The notes: generated by a model not told the origin, from the letters alone. A stretch of DNA of 64,000 nt from Tubiluchus corallicola (GCA_030141605.1 JAQGDQ010000243.1:124001-188000); one strand, 5' to 3'. Numbered from the stretch's first letter, positions 24,448 through 39,498 are shown. A program made the numbers and translations.

Positions 24448-27189
24448 AAGATTTTCTGCCTCTGCTTTTAAAGTATCCAATGTTAAACTTAGAATCAGAA
24501 AAAATACGCATGAATTAAGCACGTGTAATTTAGATTTGTGTCCACGAAATTGACGAATTACGCACAACTGCTGAGTAACCAGAAAACTAATACAGAAAAT
24601 ATGTAGTACTAGAGGATTTAAAACCTTGGTGTATTTAAAACCTTTGAATAATTTTAAGAAGAAACGACTTGCCAGATATCATGGAGATGAGTCGTCTATT
24701 AGTTAAGATGAACACAATAATTGACAAACTGATGTTTTAATAGGCACTTGCACCTTGTGGATCATGATCAAGCGAATGTTATTCATGCAAAAACTGTGAC
24801 ATTGTGAACTTCACGGCTTTAGCTCTCTATCTCTGCACAATTTTATGCTTTACCTGTTCCAATAAACATGATGTGTATAAAATGTAAAGTTATCATGTTC
24901 AAGATTCGATATGCAATATACTGGAACAGAGCTCATTCATGGTTTTCATTTCAAAATTTTCTGGGTTTTTTGCAAAATGAATTTTTCAAACTCAATAGCT
25001 TTACAATGTTTGGAACCGGAACAGGATCCAATTCTCCATATCCAGATCGGATTCGAATCTGGATCAATTAATGGCTAGAAAACTGTAATGAAGTGTCTCA
25101 TCTGGCTGCAAGACTGTATAACTTGCATAAAGCCTTGGAAAGGTCTGAATCTTTAGTACTAAAATGTACTATGCTGTTTGTGGGAGTCTTGGAGAAGGTA
25201 AGAATTGGATAATTTATGCAAATTTATTAAATAACTAAACAAAAAATTGCTTCAGACAAATAAAAAACAAAAAAAAACTTCAGACAAAGTATGCTTGAAT
25301 CTATTCAGTGTAATGTCGCTTGTTCAGTATTCACAATTGTTGGCAAAGATTTCACACTTTGCATGTTTAATAGACTAACAGCCATGTGATCACCATCTGC
25401 CAGATCTGAATTATGTCTAGTTCATGTGCACCCCTATTAAAACTACCCTCTTATGTTGAATGGGAGCTAGACAATCTTTCTAGACTTTAGAGAGAACAAT
25501 ATAAAATAAAAATTTTGCATAAATACAAACATTTAATGCAACTAATTGAATGAAATTCTGTGAAATTGTGGCATTATAATTTTTGGTAGTGAAAGAAGAG
25601 CTGCAGTTGTGCCTTACAGAGAAATCCACCTTGACATCAGTCTGTTTTCGCATACCACTCAGTTGCATTTTAATATTGAAATGTGGTTCAGTACCTTGTC
25701 TAATCATGTGGACAGGTTTTCGTTTTAGTAATACCCAACTATAAAAAGTTTGGCTTCAATTTGAATCACAAAAGTCTGCATTCGGAAAACAAGCAAGCAA
25801 ATAAAAGGAGATTTATCTAAAGTGTGCCCACCAATAACAGCAAAGCTACACTACTAATGTGTAATTCTAACTGTATACATGACAAATCATACTTCATACA
25901 TTACATCTATACTATAGACCTGCAAGATTCTACATACAGTACACAGCATTGCAAGTTTCACTGATACTGTTTAAGTTTTTATGAAAGTTAAACTTGTACT
26001 CAAAACAGATTTAAAAATACATTGTCGATTTTAGAAACAGAAACCAACAGTTACTAATTTTATACCCCATCCTGTAGGCATGCTCTCAGACTCAGTGCTC
26101 TAGTGAAAGAGCGGAGCACGTACACTTTGAGAACTTTAACTGCGACAATTTGACAGAATTGTTTTCATTCTACAATCCTAGAATTTCTAACAGGGATGAC
26201 TCCACACAATTAAGTTCTACACAGCTAAACTCTTTTTGCAATTTTGTTATGGATCAATAACAACATTGTGGCAGGTCTGGCGATTGCTCTTGGTAACAAT
26301 TTCTGTTATTGCCTTCACACTTTTTCCATTTAGTATAGATAGAATCCAGCTCTATTCTATTGTATATTAGCTGTTATGTAGGGTAACAAACATGTGATTT
26401 GTACCAAAATGCCAGTATACCCACGGCTTTATAAAGACATCCACATACCTTACGGTCCCAGATTTTATTTAACAGGGAGTCCTACGTTACATACTGCAAA
26501 CAGTTTAGTAGCTACAATTTAATGTTTCAGACTTCACACACTTACAGCAAAATACGTAACATAAAAACTAAAAAGGTTTTACAAAAATTTTAAATAACGA
26601 AATTGTCTACTACGTACCATTTCTGTGATTTTGCTCTTTGCATTTTATTAATATACAATTCAGTTCTTTTTTCAAACATTATGGTTACATTTTCAACTAA
26701 TGCAGATCGTTAGCTACCTTGACGTCTGATGAAAATACACAGCTTGAGAATTTCTTGAAAACCACAATCCACAATGACAAATTAAATTTAAACCAAGTAT
26801 TTGGATTCCAGACAAAGGATGCAAATTTAGGCAACATCATTAGCTTATGTGTTAACATCACTTTTAGTCTTTACACTTGTCACATTGTCACAATTATGCA
26901 TTTAATTTAGTTGAGTTATTCAAAATTACATATGAACACACTCGAGAAACCGTGGTATATAATTTTATAGTTATTAATAAATAATAATTATTTGCCAAAT
27001 TTTAAACGCGTCTCGCAATCAAAACTTTCGGAAACACCTTCAAGTAATATTATAAAAAAACTTGCTCTTATACAACACAGGATACACAAGCATGCCGCCA
27101 TACAGCCATGGTTGTTTGCACGCTGCAAGTGTAACGCGAACGCGGGCAGCGCTTCAATATTTGCACAAGTTTACAATAATTATGAATAC

Positions 27190-27446
27190 CTACCAAACTT
27201 CCAGCACAACCGAAAAAACATTTACTGCACAAGTGAAACAATGACCATAGTGAAATGCATTAATATCGGAGAAGAATATTCACTAACTTATAATTTTGGC
27301 TTATTTTTACAAATCACTCGCGAAAAGCACGTAACCATATAAAATGCGGAACTTATGCTGCACCGAAAATTTAATAGTGACGCGGCGTTTGTTTACATCC
27401 TACTTCGTCACGTGATTCTATGTGCCTTTTTATAGCAAAGTTAATC
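27190..27446. promoter_or_regulatory. Probable bidirectional promoter for CTNS (+) and the zinc-finger gene (-), with CLEAR-like E-box GTCACGTGAT at 27407-27416
   Basis: Locally CpG-rich. Contains TGTTTAC (about 27390) and GTCACGTGAT about 30 nt before the CTNS ATG. A minus-strand donor-like site (ttg|gtaggt or tag|gtattc) lies at about 27190-27193. Confidence 0.55.
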
Positions 27447-30400
27447 ATGAAAAAATGCTTATATTTATTATTAGTGATAGTCTTTTCTCATATTTGTGGT
27501 AAGAGCAAAAATTTCTGCTTTTAATAGTCAAGAACACGTACGCATACTTATAAGTTTTTGCTCATTACCCCAACGTTCACCGTAACAATTTTTCTTGAAT
27601 GGCTGGTCCCATTCCTTTGATGGCCCTTCTCTCCCATCAATTGATATTCTACTATAATTATATTGATTTTAGAAAAGCATTTGATTCCGTTCCTCTTCGT
27701 TGTCCCATGTTAAAAATGGAATTTAGCTCACCTGAAAGTGAGCGTTTCCATTTACAATCGTTAGTTTTAGTGCTAGTTTAGTGTATTTCCAAAATGCCAT
27801 GAATACAACATTGTCACATATTTTACAGAAAAGCTGTTACTACAACAAAATATAGATTCCCCAGATATTAATAAATCGGCTCACGCCAAGAAGGTAAACT
27901 TGTACAGGATTGAGCAGAAGGCAACATGAAAAGAGAAGATATAAAAGGTGTTTAATAAAAAGCAAAAAAATAAAATACAAAGGTAGTAATAAGGGTAAAG
28001 AAATGCCAGTGAAACATGAATGAGATGATGGTGAAAATGAAGATTAGATTCGCATTAGAAACAGATCAACCAGCTGAGTCACTGCAAAAATCAGTATGGT
28101 TTCATAAAGAGCTTAAAAAATTTGTCTTGAAATTTTATACCACTTACATACTGCATTTTGCATACAGAGCGTATGTCGACAGTAAAGCTGTACAAAACTT
28201 GTGAATTTAAACTCTCGCGATGACAGTTAGGTGCTGCCATTTTGACGATAAGTCATTTGAAACAAATTTAGATAACATTGCGTAAAGTTTGAAAAAATAA
28301 CCAGAGCATTCGTAGCACACATGTTACTAACTAAGTAAGATCTTAAATTATTGTATCTTCTCAATAAGATTAAAAATACGTTTTTGTTAGTAAGTGGCGC
28401 AGCAAATTGGTAATTAACATAGATTTGTATGGAAAGTTTTTTGGACATTGTTTTCACGTTGCCTTTTCTTCCCCTGATTTACGTTTGCGTAGGTGATGTC
28501 ATGTAATGGAGTTTACCATGTATACCATAGGTCGTCGCTTGACAAGCAGATGTTAATGAGGGACCCTATCAAAAGCCTTAACCAGGTCCAAGTATATAAT
28601 ATCAACTGAAGAACCATTGTTGATATGACTAAAGATATGCTCAAAGAAATCTGCCATTGCTTCTCTATTTATTATGGTTCACAAAAGCGAACTAAGATGA
28701 CATAATAGTCATAAAAGCTCATTGGTCACACAAAAGTGTCTTATTTAAACACATGAAACAAAAAATAATGAGTCAATTGTGCGGAGTTATCTGAGTCTAC
28801 TGCCAACGAATTTTATATACATTTGAATAGGAGCGCCCGAACCAGATGTTTCTGAGCCAATTAGGCAACTGACTTCTATTAACCCTGAGTCTAATAAACG
28901 GCACCTAATGTACTTGACTTCAAGTTGTAAGATTAGTTCAAAGCTGATTTGATGGCAAGTTCATAAGATGTTAAAATTCGACAGCGCCTGAGCTTTGCAA
29001 GTAGCCTACTGTGCAGTAGTTGATGAACATACACTTAGTGCCATATAGCCATTCTCTGAGAGACTGCAAAACCTATTACCTGCAATTAAAGTAAATTTTC
29101 TTAAAAAATAAAGCGAAAGGGCTTTTTTGTAAATTTGAAGGGCTTTGTTTCAACAGGTACACCCATTGCATTCTAATTTCTCAGAGAATGTGTAAAAAAA
29201 TTGCACCAGTAATCATATAATCATATTATTTAATGGCATAAATTGTTTTGTAAATTAATTTACAATAAATTATTTTTACACTCTTTTTTAGATGGCATTA
29301 CTACTGTCAAGTTCAGCCAGGAAGACATAACTTTTCGTTTAAATGCAACTGCAAAAGTGTGGCTGTTTCTCAGGTAAGTTTTCTGTATTTTTTGCCTTTG
29401 ATTATATTTACAGATCTGCTGCCTACACAGAGTCAAGTGTGAATTCTTTTTTCATAAATCAATTTTTACATATCACTAATCAATTTTTTTACATTAATGA
29501 CCATATGGCAATTATGGCATAATAAGTACCATATTGGTAAAGTGGTATAAATTATATATATATATTAAAGATTATTGTTAGAAGTTCATAAGACCACTAC
29601 CTATTTACTAGTGTCAGTCTTTATTTATTTGCTAATAATTCTGCATTCTTTTTAGTTCTACATTGACTGAATCTGCAACAGTTTCATTTGTCTATGATGG
29701 GAAACCGAATAGTACGGTACTTAGTACAATTCCAGACGTTAACATTACTACAGGTAAATTAGTATAGTCCACATGTGCTTTATTCTGGAAATTCTACCCA
29801 GAAATGAATTATTCGTAATTGCAGTAAATTGTTATCCATTGTTTGTAGACTTGCATTTTGTAGTCAGTTGATTTATTGTATACCATTTGACATGCAAGAC
29901 CATCTGAAGCAAATTCTGAAATACAAATGCTGAACTGTCTACTAGCCATTCTAAGAATGAATATCTGTAGGTCCACTGAATGTAAGTTTACTCAACTTCT
30001 AGGTATCTCATCCAAACATTTTGAGCTCATTGATCCCTCAGCTGATATTCTCATTCTTCATCAGACAATTGGTCCCTTGGCCGTTATGGAGAGAGTCAGG
30101 TTCGAGTGAGAAAGATGCAAAGCAAAGAGAGAGAGAGAGTAGGGAGAGATAGAGAGTTCACGAATGAAGCCAAAACATTCTAATTTAAGTTTGAGTTGAG
30201 AACATTTAAGAATGATCCCGGTGTGTATCCAAAAAACATATTATTGAGCTAATTGACATTATAAACTCAAACTTTTGCTTACTTAGTGAAGTATGTGCTA
30301 AAAATGCTTTCGATTATTTTTTAAACCTTATGTAATGCTGTCTATGTGTGTTTCAAATGACTTACTGTGAAAATGGCTGTGCCTAACGGTCATCGTGGAA

Positions 30401-32582
30401 GTGTAAATTTACACGTTCTATACAGTGTTACTACTAACGCAAGCTTTGTATGCAATAGGACAACATGTAAGTGATGAATTTCAACATCTCAACGTGAATT
30501 TAAGTCTTACTTTTCAAGGGCGTTTACTTGCCTTTTAATAGTAATGGCCTTATGTGAAATTTTGTAACTGTGTCTAAAAACGGTAACACACTAATTACTT
30601 TTGTTCTGAAACTCTTGATGATAAGTTTGGCTCATTTCACACCAGTTACACACATTTATGTTTTTGTTGACACAAGTCATTAGACAATTCTGTAATCGCC
30701 TTAAAATAATTGATAAGTCACATATTTTAGGAAAACCTGATTGGTTAAATGGGTGTTCTCCTCCATAACTAGTTAATCCCTTTCAATAACAATTTTATGC
30801 TTGTTGGTTTTGGTTTGTTTTGTAATGAAAATACATTATTGTTTTGACATGGTGACAGGAAAATGTTCACGTCTAGCAGCAGGTTTTGGCTTTTTCACAA
30901 GGAAATTGTTCGATATTCAGTCATATAATAACATTGTGGGAAACAATTTTGTTGATATTTTATTTTTGACTTTCAAATCTGAAGAAAACCTTTGCTTTTT
31001 TTATTCTAAATCGTAACTTTCGTCATCATTGTGATTTTCATAATTATCAAAAACATCATTTTTAGGTCCCTTGACTTTAGTGAGTAAGGGCACCTATTGC
31101 TGTCATGTGGCGTCTGGCGGGTGTCGAGGGTCATCCACAATTGACTTAATTTTCTATAATTATCCAAAACCTTTTGTCTCAGGTCGTAAGCTTTTGTTGT
31201 GCAGCAACCTTGGCATAAGCTGCATGTCATGTGTCAAAATGAATGACCTGGGTTTGAAAGGTCGCGACCCAGAGGATCATGAATGTTTTAGTTATGTGGG
31301 ATTTTGCACATTTTGCTAAAAATCTACGTTATGTGCACAGTAAACAAATTGTTTTTATAGCAATTTTGGACACTAAACTATATGACCTTTCAAAAATCCA
31401 GCGGTTGCTATGGTGTACAAGGTCTTAATTTGGTGGTTGCTAGGGTGTAAACATGACCATTTCTGCCAAAACAGATAAAGTACATATTCTTTGACAATTT
31501 TGAGGCCAAACAGATGCAATATACAGAAAACATTATAATGCTAACACTACCAAAATTCTGGCCCATGCGAGGTCACCCAAAGGTCATCAATAGGGAATGT
31601 CTTAATCATATCGAATAATATATAAAATTAAAGCTAAGGGTGAGATGGGCTTGTCACTGCCTCATTTTGGCCCACCTGGGTCACCTAAAGGGAATTTACA
31701 GGGAATGTGTCAAACATATTGTGTAAGATATTCAAATGAAGCTTATGTCGAGGCAGTTAGACATGGTTCATTAAAACATGGAGCATCGTTGACAAATGAC
31801 TTAATTTTCTTTATTTTGCCAAAACCTTTTGTCCTTTGTCTTAGATTTGTCTTTTGGTGTGTAGTAACATTTGCATAAATTGCATGTCAAACTGAATGAC
31901 CAAGGTCAAAAATTTTGGGCCATCTCGGGTCACCCAAAGGGCATCTAAGGGTATGTCGCAAACAATTGTATAATAATTATAGTAAATTAAAAGTTATGGC
32001 GAGGTGGGTTCACAAGGTTCACGAAAAGGTCAGAGGTCAGTGAAAGAACATCGCAACAAAAATGCTAAGGTCACAGGAATGAAGGCTTCCTTTTTCATAA
32101 AATAACTACTTACTTACTCACTTACATAACTGTTTACCAATTCAGTCATCCACTTACTTAATCCGTTGGTTACTTTTGGTCTCACAGGAATAATGATAGG
32201 TACTTCAAATGAGTGTACATTTCACCGTTATTTGCAGACCATTTCTGTAATGGGGTTTGATGACCTTTTTGTATTATGAGAGTATGTACAATAGAATGAT
32301 TTCCATTCAGAACTTCTTGGAGTCTCGTTATATCAATTTTGAAACAAACGCAACTTACAGAAACCATTATAATGTAACATTCTTGACACTGCAAAAATTT
32401 GCCCCACGCAGGGTCACTGCCATTTTACATAATATTATACAATTTTTCTTCAGGGGACCTACACCCTCATTGATGGTCTGGTTGTCCTTGTCAGCACAAC
32501 AGCTGCTACAACCGTATGTACCCAACCTTTGTTGAAAGCACAAACGATTGAGTTAATAAATCATAAATGAGACTTTGTTATG

Positions 32583-32615
<33 letters not shown>

Positions 32616-35600
32616 ATATTATTGTATATAATAATATAATATAATATATGTTTATGTATATATATGATTATATTATAATAATCATATATATGAGTATATA
32701 ATATTATTGTGTACATAACCATATTATATATATATATATATATATAATTGCCATAATCGGTTTTTATTCAATAAGCTGTTTATTTAAAATTTCATAAAAT
32801 TTGGGAAGGTTGGTTTCGGAAAGTAGCCAAAAAGTAAAACCATGGGGTCCTTGGAAAAGGAGAGTATACCAATGGCACCATATCCTTTTTTCACAAATGA
32901 TGTGTAACAAGCAACTGAGTAGGTCCTGTTTTCTGCATTGGAAGGTCATCAAACAAACACTAGTTTGGCGTACGAGATAAAGCCATTGGAACTCCAACTG
33001 CAGAAATCATATGGTATGGCTAAGAAAACAAGGCTATGCTATTACATCCAATGATATGTAGCACACTGTCCTGTTTTCTACATTACAAAATTATTAATTT
33101 TATAATTTATGTACGCGTGTGTATTTAAGCATGCATAATATGAGAACTGAAATAATATAGACAAACAAGCATCATCCGTCTATATTATTTCTTCAGTATT
33201 GTGCATCTACAGATGGGCAACTTTTTGTATGCAGTTTGAGCAAAGTCAGAGTTATATTCAAATTTGTCTCTGTAACATCTAAATAACGTTATTTTACAAA
33301 TAATCATTAACTGCAAATATTCTTCACCACACCTTGTTTAACGAAAATGATGGATAGCACATCAACAACAGACTAGGGCCTTATAAAGCTGCTCTGTGAT
33401 TTCTCTGTTAAGGAATCTAGAAATTACAATTCATTAGAGGTCTTTTTAAATAAGACTTCTGCATTTTGCAACCCGTTCGTTTCTTTTTCTAGAAGTTAAC
33501 TTTTTTGTCAGGTCATCTAAGAAAATTACATAAATCAGATTTTTCTTAATGTTGTTTTTTCTTACCAAAACAACATGTAGAAGTGGCAAAATGTTGGGGC
33601 GCTTCCAAAAAATACTGAGGTTATGCCTACTTCATCCTACAGAGAATAGATTTTTGAGTAATATGCAACAAATGACCTAACACCATGTCGACTAGATCTT
33701 TTTATACATAACCAAGTTGTAATTTTTACAAAAATGACTAAATATTATCCTACTTCTTTGTTTTGTTCTGGTTTTATACATAACCAAGTTGTAATTTTTA
33801 CAAAAATGACTAAATATTATCCTACTTCTTTGTTTTGTTCTGGTTATATACATAACCAAGTTGTAATTTTTACAAAAATGACTAAATATTATCCTACTTC
33901 TTTGTTTTGTTCTGGTTTTATACATAACCAAGTTGTAATTTTTACAAAAATGACTAAATATTATCCTACTTCTTTGTTTTGTTCGCAACAAATCGAAGTA
34001 CTACAACTACACATCGAACTACGCAAATCGAAAGCTAATTTAGAGAATGAAATCATGCTATAGAAGAAGGAGCATTGCTGGTATTTTTGTGCACTTTTCT
34101 AGTTTCTTTCAAAATGTGTTTTGCAAATTCGTGCATTTCACATTTTCTTTTTGGAACGATTGTAACCCAGAAGTTTACATATGTGTCCCAACTTTCTACC
34201 TACCTAAAGGAAAAACAAGAGAAAACTGGTTTAGTGTTTTTTTGAATTTTCATGTTTACCTTGTAGCGAGTGAAAAAATAACATAAGATCCGGTTTGAAT
34301 TTAAATTTACCAACCTTTTTTTTCAATTTTCTGTTTGAATTTAAATTTACCAACCTCTTTATTCAATTTGTCGTTCTACTGTAGAGGAAAAAGAAGTTGA
34401 GGTGAATCTGTATGGGACAGGTGTTGGTCATTGTGTTATAACTTTGAACTCAACGTCGTCCGAACTGAGCAAGTAAGTTCATTTGTGTTTTTATCTTCAT
34501 AGGATTATAATACCAGTGATAACAGCTGAGTGAAAAACATTGTCGACTTTTCTCATTTAAAATACTTGAGTAATACGTTGATAATGACTTTGCCTCATCA
34601 CAGTGCTGCTCATTGTTCGCGTGTGCTCGAGTGCGTGACTATGCAAAGCTCATTCTGCCTGCCCGTATTTCACCATGCTGCTGATACCGGTTATTTACCC
34701 ACAATAATGATCTGTGTTGCCCTTTGAGTAGTTTGTGGGGGTAAATTCCCGCTGATTTCAATCAGTTAAATGATTACGGACAATAGACGTTGTGCTAATC
34801 TGCCTGAAAAGCCGTGTACTGTCATTACCATGCTTAGTCGGTCCTGCATAGATCCTCCTACTTTTTATGCCAGCGGGAATACTATGCTAATCTAGCAGCA
34901 TGGCTACTTTTTCATACTGTACACCTACACATTAAACTGTGTCATTTAGGACTTAAATATAAATATTTTAAATGCTGCTTTATACTAATAACTCTAATTT
35001 CTTGGACGTTTTTAGAAATAAGTCTTCAGTCTTATACAGGATTTGAATAGAATCAAATTAAATTTATTTAATAAACAATATGCAAGTAAAAGTGCTTTGG
35101 ATGTTATGAAGTCAATAGTCAACAAGTGTTTGTAGCAAAGAACATTGCATATCTATAATGCAAAAAGACAGGGTTGCTTTCCTTTTGTAATTAAGCAATG
35201 GAATTACACTTTTTTTTAGATTTAATATTTTATTTCAAACTTCACAAAGTTCATATACTCACCACAAATTAATACAAATAATACAATAAATCATGACACA
35301 CAACAATAGCCCAAATAACAATTAACGATATAACAAACTACGCCAATGACATCTAATTACAGAAGTAAAGTTTACATCACTGTTTAAAATGTTCTTGCAT
35401 ATGAAATTTTTACTGTTATTCAGCCTGACGTATAAACTGTATGCACATTTTCTGTGAATCACATCAAAATAAATAATATTAAGTCAAGTAGAAATATATC
35501 TAGCGCTCGTATCATATGAAAAGTTAAACAGCTTCCGTGTTGATACATTATATGCAACCTTGAGTTTGCTAAGATTGTAAGAATAAAAATGTCTCCAAGT

Positions 35601-38600
35601 GGACATACAATAAAAAGTAGTGCAGTAAGCATTAAACAATTGTCTCTTCATGTTAACTGAACAGTGAGTAAATTTCATGAGTAATTTATTTGCTCTACCA
35701 TAGTAAATTGAACATTGTCGTAATATATCTAAATCATCTCTATTGTCATCTGATAAAATATGACCCAGCATGACCTTTTAAGAGTGCGAATTTGATTAAT
35801 AGTACACCTCGATAATTTTTTAACCCTCACTATGCTTTAACAAATTGTGAAATTGTGAAATTTATATAGTTATAAGTATTTTCAATGTTCATGCGTTATC
35901 ATAAAAATCATTTCCATGTAATGTTTATTTGAAATGCATTAAGCACTTCAGCTGTTTTGAAATGCACACGTACTGGCTTTAATGACTTACGATCACATGG
36001 AGATTTTAATTTAATTAGGCACCTCAGCTGTTTTAAAATGCACACGTACTGGCTTCAGTGATTTATGATCACATGGAGATTTTAATCTAACTAAGCACCT
36101 CAGCTGTTTCAGCAGCTGCTATTTTTGAGGTAACGGCTTTTTGATTTATGATCCAAAAAGACAATAATGTTAATTAAATGCAATGCTAATTAAGCTTAAT
36201 ACTGTCAAGTATTAACTTGTGTGCAAATGCACTTCCATTTCATTTCATCCATAACATTTACCTGCAAACTGCACAATGACTAGGATAAGAATAGTTAAAT
36301 CTGGAATTCATTCATTGAACTCCTGCACCTCCTTCGTGTAGAAGCGTTTCATGATGCTAAACCAGCATGTAGTTAGTAAAAAATTTTAAGATGAATTTTC
36401 TGAATTATTAAAAATTGGTTCGGTTAATTTTCCTAATAGCTTTTCACTCATAAGCATATAAGTTTTGTATATTTTTTGTATATGTTCTCATTCTTGAGTT
36501 ATTTATTAAATCCTGGTAATTTTATTGTCTTTTATCTAATGCGTGCATTGTTATATTTATATACTTATCAGTGTGAATCAATCAAGCTTTTCTTATTTCT
36601 TGTAGCTTATCCTCTGCATTTCTTCGGGTGACAGTCGTACATAATGTACCGCTCATCACTGTAAGCGCTGTGATAGGCTGGATCTATTTCGTGGCTTGGT
36701 CCATCAGCTTTTACCCGCAGATTTATTACAATTTTTCGCGGAAAAGGTAACTCTCAGTTTTCTGTTTTTCTTTATTGACCATTTATTCGTTTATGTTTGG
36801 CGCAAACAATACAATCATGATAGTGAATTAGTATGAAAAGACACAAACGCAATGTTTGCATTGTATTAACAGTACATTTGCAGTACAGTACATTATGCAT
36901 TTTGTGGTATTAACAATAAATTATATTTTTGTACACAAATCTGTTATTAACTTGTGAAGACAACCTGAAAATTTAGGCCTCTTAAAGGAAAAATCAATCA
37001 AATTTTTGTCACTGCCGCTCTACTGAATACTGAATCAATGTTGCTGTTTCTCTCCTTCCCAGGGTTCCCACGGTCAGGGAAAATCCTGGAAAAATCCTGT
37101 AAAATATAGGCTATCCTGGAAAGTCAAGGAAAAGTCAAGAAAAAAGATAATTTAATAAAAAGTAAGGAAAATCATGAAAACGGGGCGAAAAGTCGGAAAA
37201 ATTGGAAAAGGTTGCAAAAATAACCACTGTGAACCGATATTTTTCCAAATATATTTTTCAGCAATTCGTGTTCAAATAAAATTTTGCTAAGGTTTCGATT
37301 TCTGTTCTAAAAATAATGATTGGCTTAAGAAAGTTTATTTAATGTGATTAGTGTAATTTCGTTAGCACTGCTGCAACTGTGCTGATACATTATATATCAG
37401 TATGTGTATGAATGTCCATACACAAAAATGAATATGTGTACTGGTAATACAATTTCTGCTTACCTTCGTCATGGAAAATCAATATTTGGTCAGGGAAAAG
37501 TCATGGAAAAGTTATAGAAAATTATTTTAAAATTCTGTGTGAACCTCTGCCTTCCTCATTGCTGGCTGTTTTTAGATTATATTTTTAAAAAAGTAACTGT
37601 CTTTGAATTAGTTTGATAATAAACTGTTAGACATTTGAATTTGAAGCATGTGTGATAACGCGTCATTTCTTTTTCAGTGTTGTTGGACTAAGCTTCGATT
37701 TTCTCGCTTTCAATATAACTGGCTTCCTTGCTTATGGTGTTTTTAATATTGGCTTATTCTGGATTCCAGCTGTGAAGGTATAACAAAGCAACTATATGCA
37801 CTTGTTTCTTTTTGTAACATGTTAAATTATTAATGTTATGTGTCATTAATTAGATATTTGGTTAATTTTGGTGGTACTAAATCGTGAAATGCTTGGTTCA
37901 GCCAAGAAAATGTTACAAGGAAAAAATTCATGCACAGTTAAGGATTTGAACTGTGGACAGTTGTGCTTATTTTAGCTATAAATTAATTTTTTCGTTCCTT
38001 TTTTTGTGTTTTTATGGTGTACTACTATTTAAAAAATTCTTCTGCGGTGAATAATAGAGTTTATTTTGTGCTAAGTTCAATGTGCTACAAAATGGAACAG
38101 AGTTCTGGGCTACAGGACCATGTTATGTATTAATGCGTCAGAATGCATTGTAAATAAACTAGTTCGGTAACACGCATAATGGTGTACTGTATTTCGATAT
38201 TTCTACTAGATAGAAATCCAGGTACATCCCACTTCTGACACCATGTTTTATGTTGATGTACCTGGATTTCTATCTAGTAGAAATATCGAAATACAGTACA
38301 CGATTATGCGTGTTACCGAACTACTTTATTTACAATGCATTCTGACGCATTAATACATAACAGACCACTACTTGTAACGGATGTTGGAGCAGGACCAGAA
38401 CCTAGTTCATTATCTTCAATAATCGTCTAAGATGAAACACTAAGCTGGCAGAGCTCTTTTAACAACGTTTAACAACGCGAATACGTTCTTCCTCAGTAAG
38501 AGAAAAACCAGCAGCACTATGGTATGCATAACTGCCCTGATACAATTTCAGCCAATTGCCTATCTATTTAGTAACCAAGCTGAGCAATGTTTAGTCAAGC

Positions 38601-39498
38601 ATGCACCATGTGACACTGTATTTCATCTAAGTTGTTCACATGGTCCTGTCACCACTGTTTTTGAGGCAAGGGGAATATCTGATAGGTGTGTATAGTGGTC
38701 AAACTTAAGCAATCCTAAACCTAGTCAGTATAGGAATAGGTGTCCATCAAAAGAATTGACGGTTTCCTTTACCATACTGCCCTCATTGGAGGATGTAAGG
38801 ATCTAAATGTGCCAATTCAATTTTTCATTTTAGTGCATTCCATTTGAACTTATCTTTGTCATTTTAACAACCTGATTCTGTGGATATTAATGCTGTGCAC
38901 GAGAAATTGCGAATGATAAATTGCATTTTTGTGAATTACACGTATGGCGGTTTTTCTAGGAACAGTATTTTGAGCTCCATCCAACTGGCGTGAATCCTGT
39001 ACAAATAAATGATGTATTTTTTACTCTTCATGCCATATTTGCAACACTTCTTACGATACTGCAGTGTTTCATTTATGAAGTAAGTATTTCGTTTTCTTCA
39101 TGCTATTTACTTCTTCATTCATTTAACTGCATACTTCAGCTTAATTTTTATTTAGTTGGGCAATATTATTAGCTCTAAATTGGTTATGCTGTACACTTCT
39201 AGATATTGCAGACAGCATGACAGATTTCTCGAATTTGAATCATCATACCTATGTGTTGGCTCAAGCTCGAAGTTGCTGTACGTTATTGAATCATTCTAGT
39301 GATTTGACTATTTGCTTTATCATCAGTAATTATATGTCTATTACATCTGTTTCAAACATTGAACAGATAGTTTGTTCATAATTATTAATGTAAAATTAAT
39401 AAAAAATCTGCACTCATTACCAGTTAATTAGCAATAGGTATGTTTGCTTCATTTGTTAGTTTACAAGTGAATAAGTTTTTAGCACAGACAACATCTAG

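Noticed and set aside
33692-34063. Repeat-protein ORFs or a CRISPR-like array
   Set aside because: Head-to-tail 72-bp minisatellite with no unique spacers, inside a CTNS intron; no cas genes.
38112-38649. 12-bp inverted match acaggaccatgt / acatggtcctgt as TIRs of a larger element
   Set aside because: It overlaps the foldback element's TSD and end, has no TSD of its own, and may be chance.
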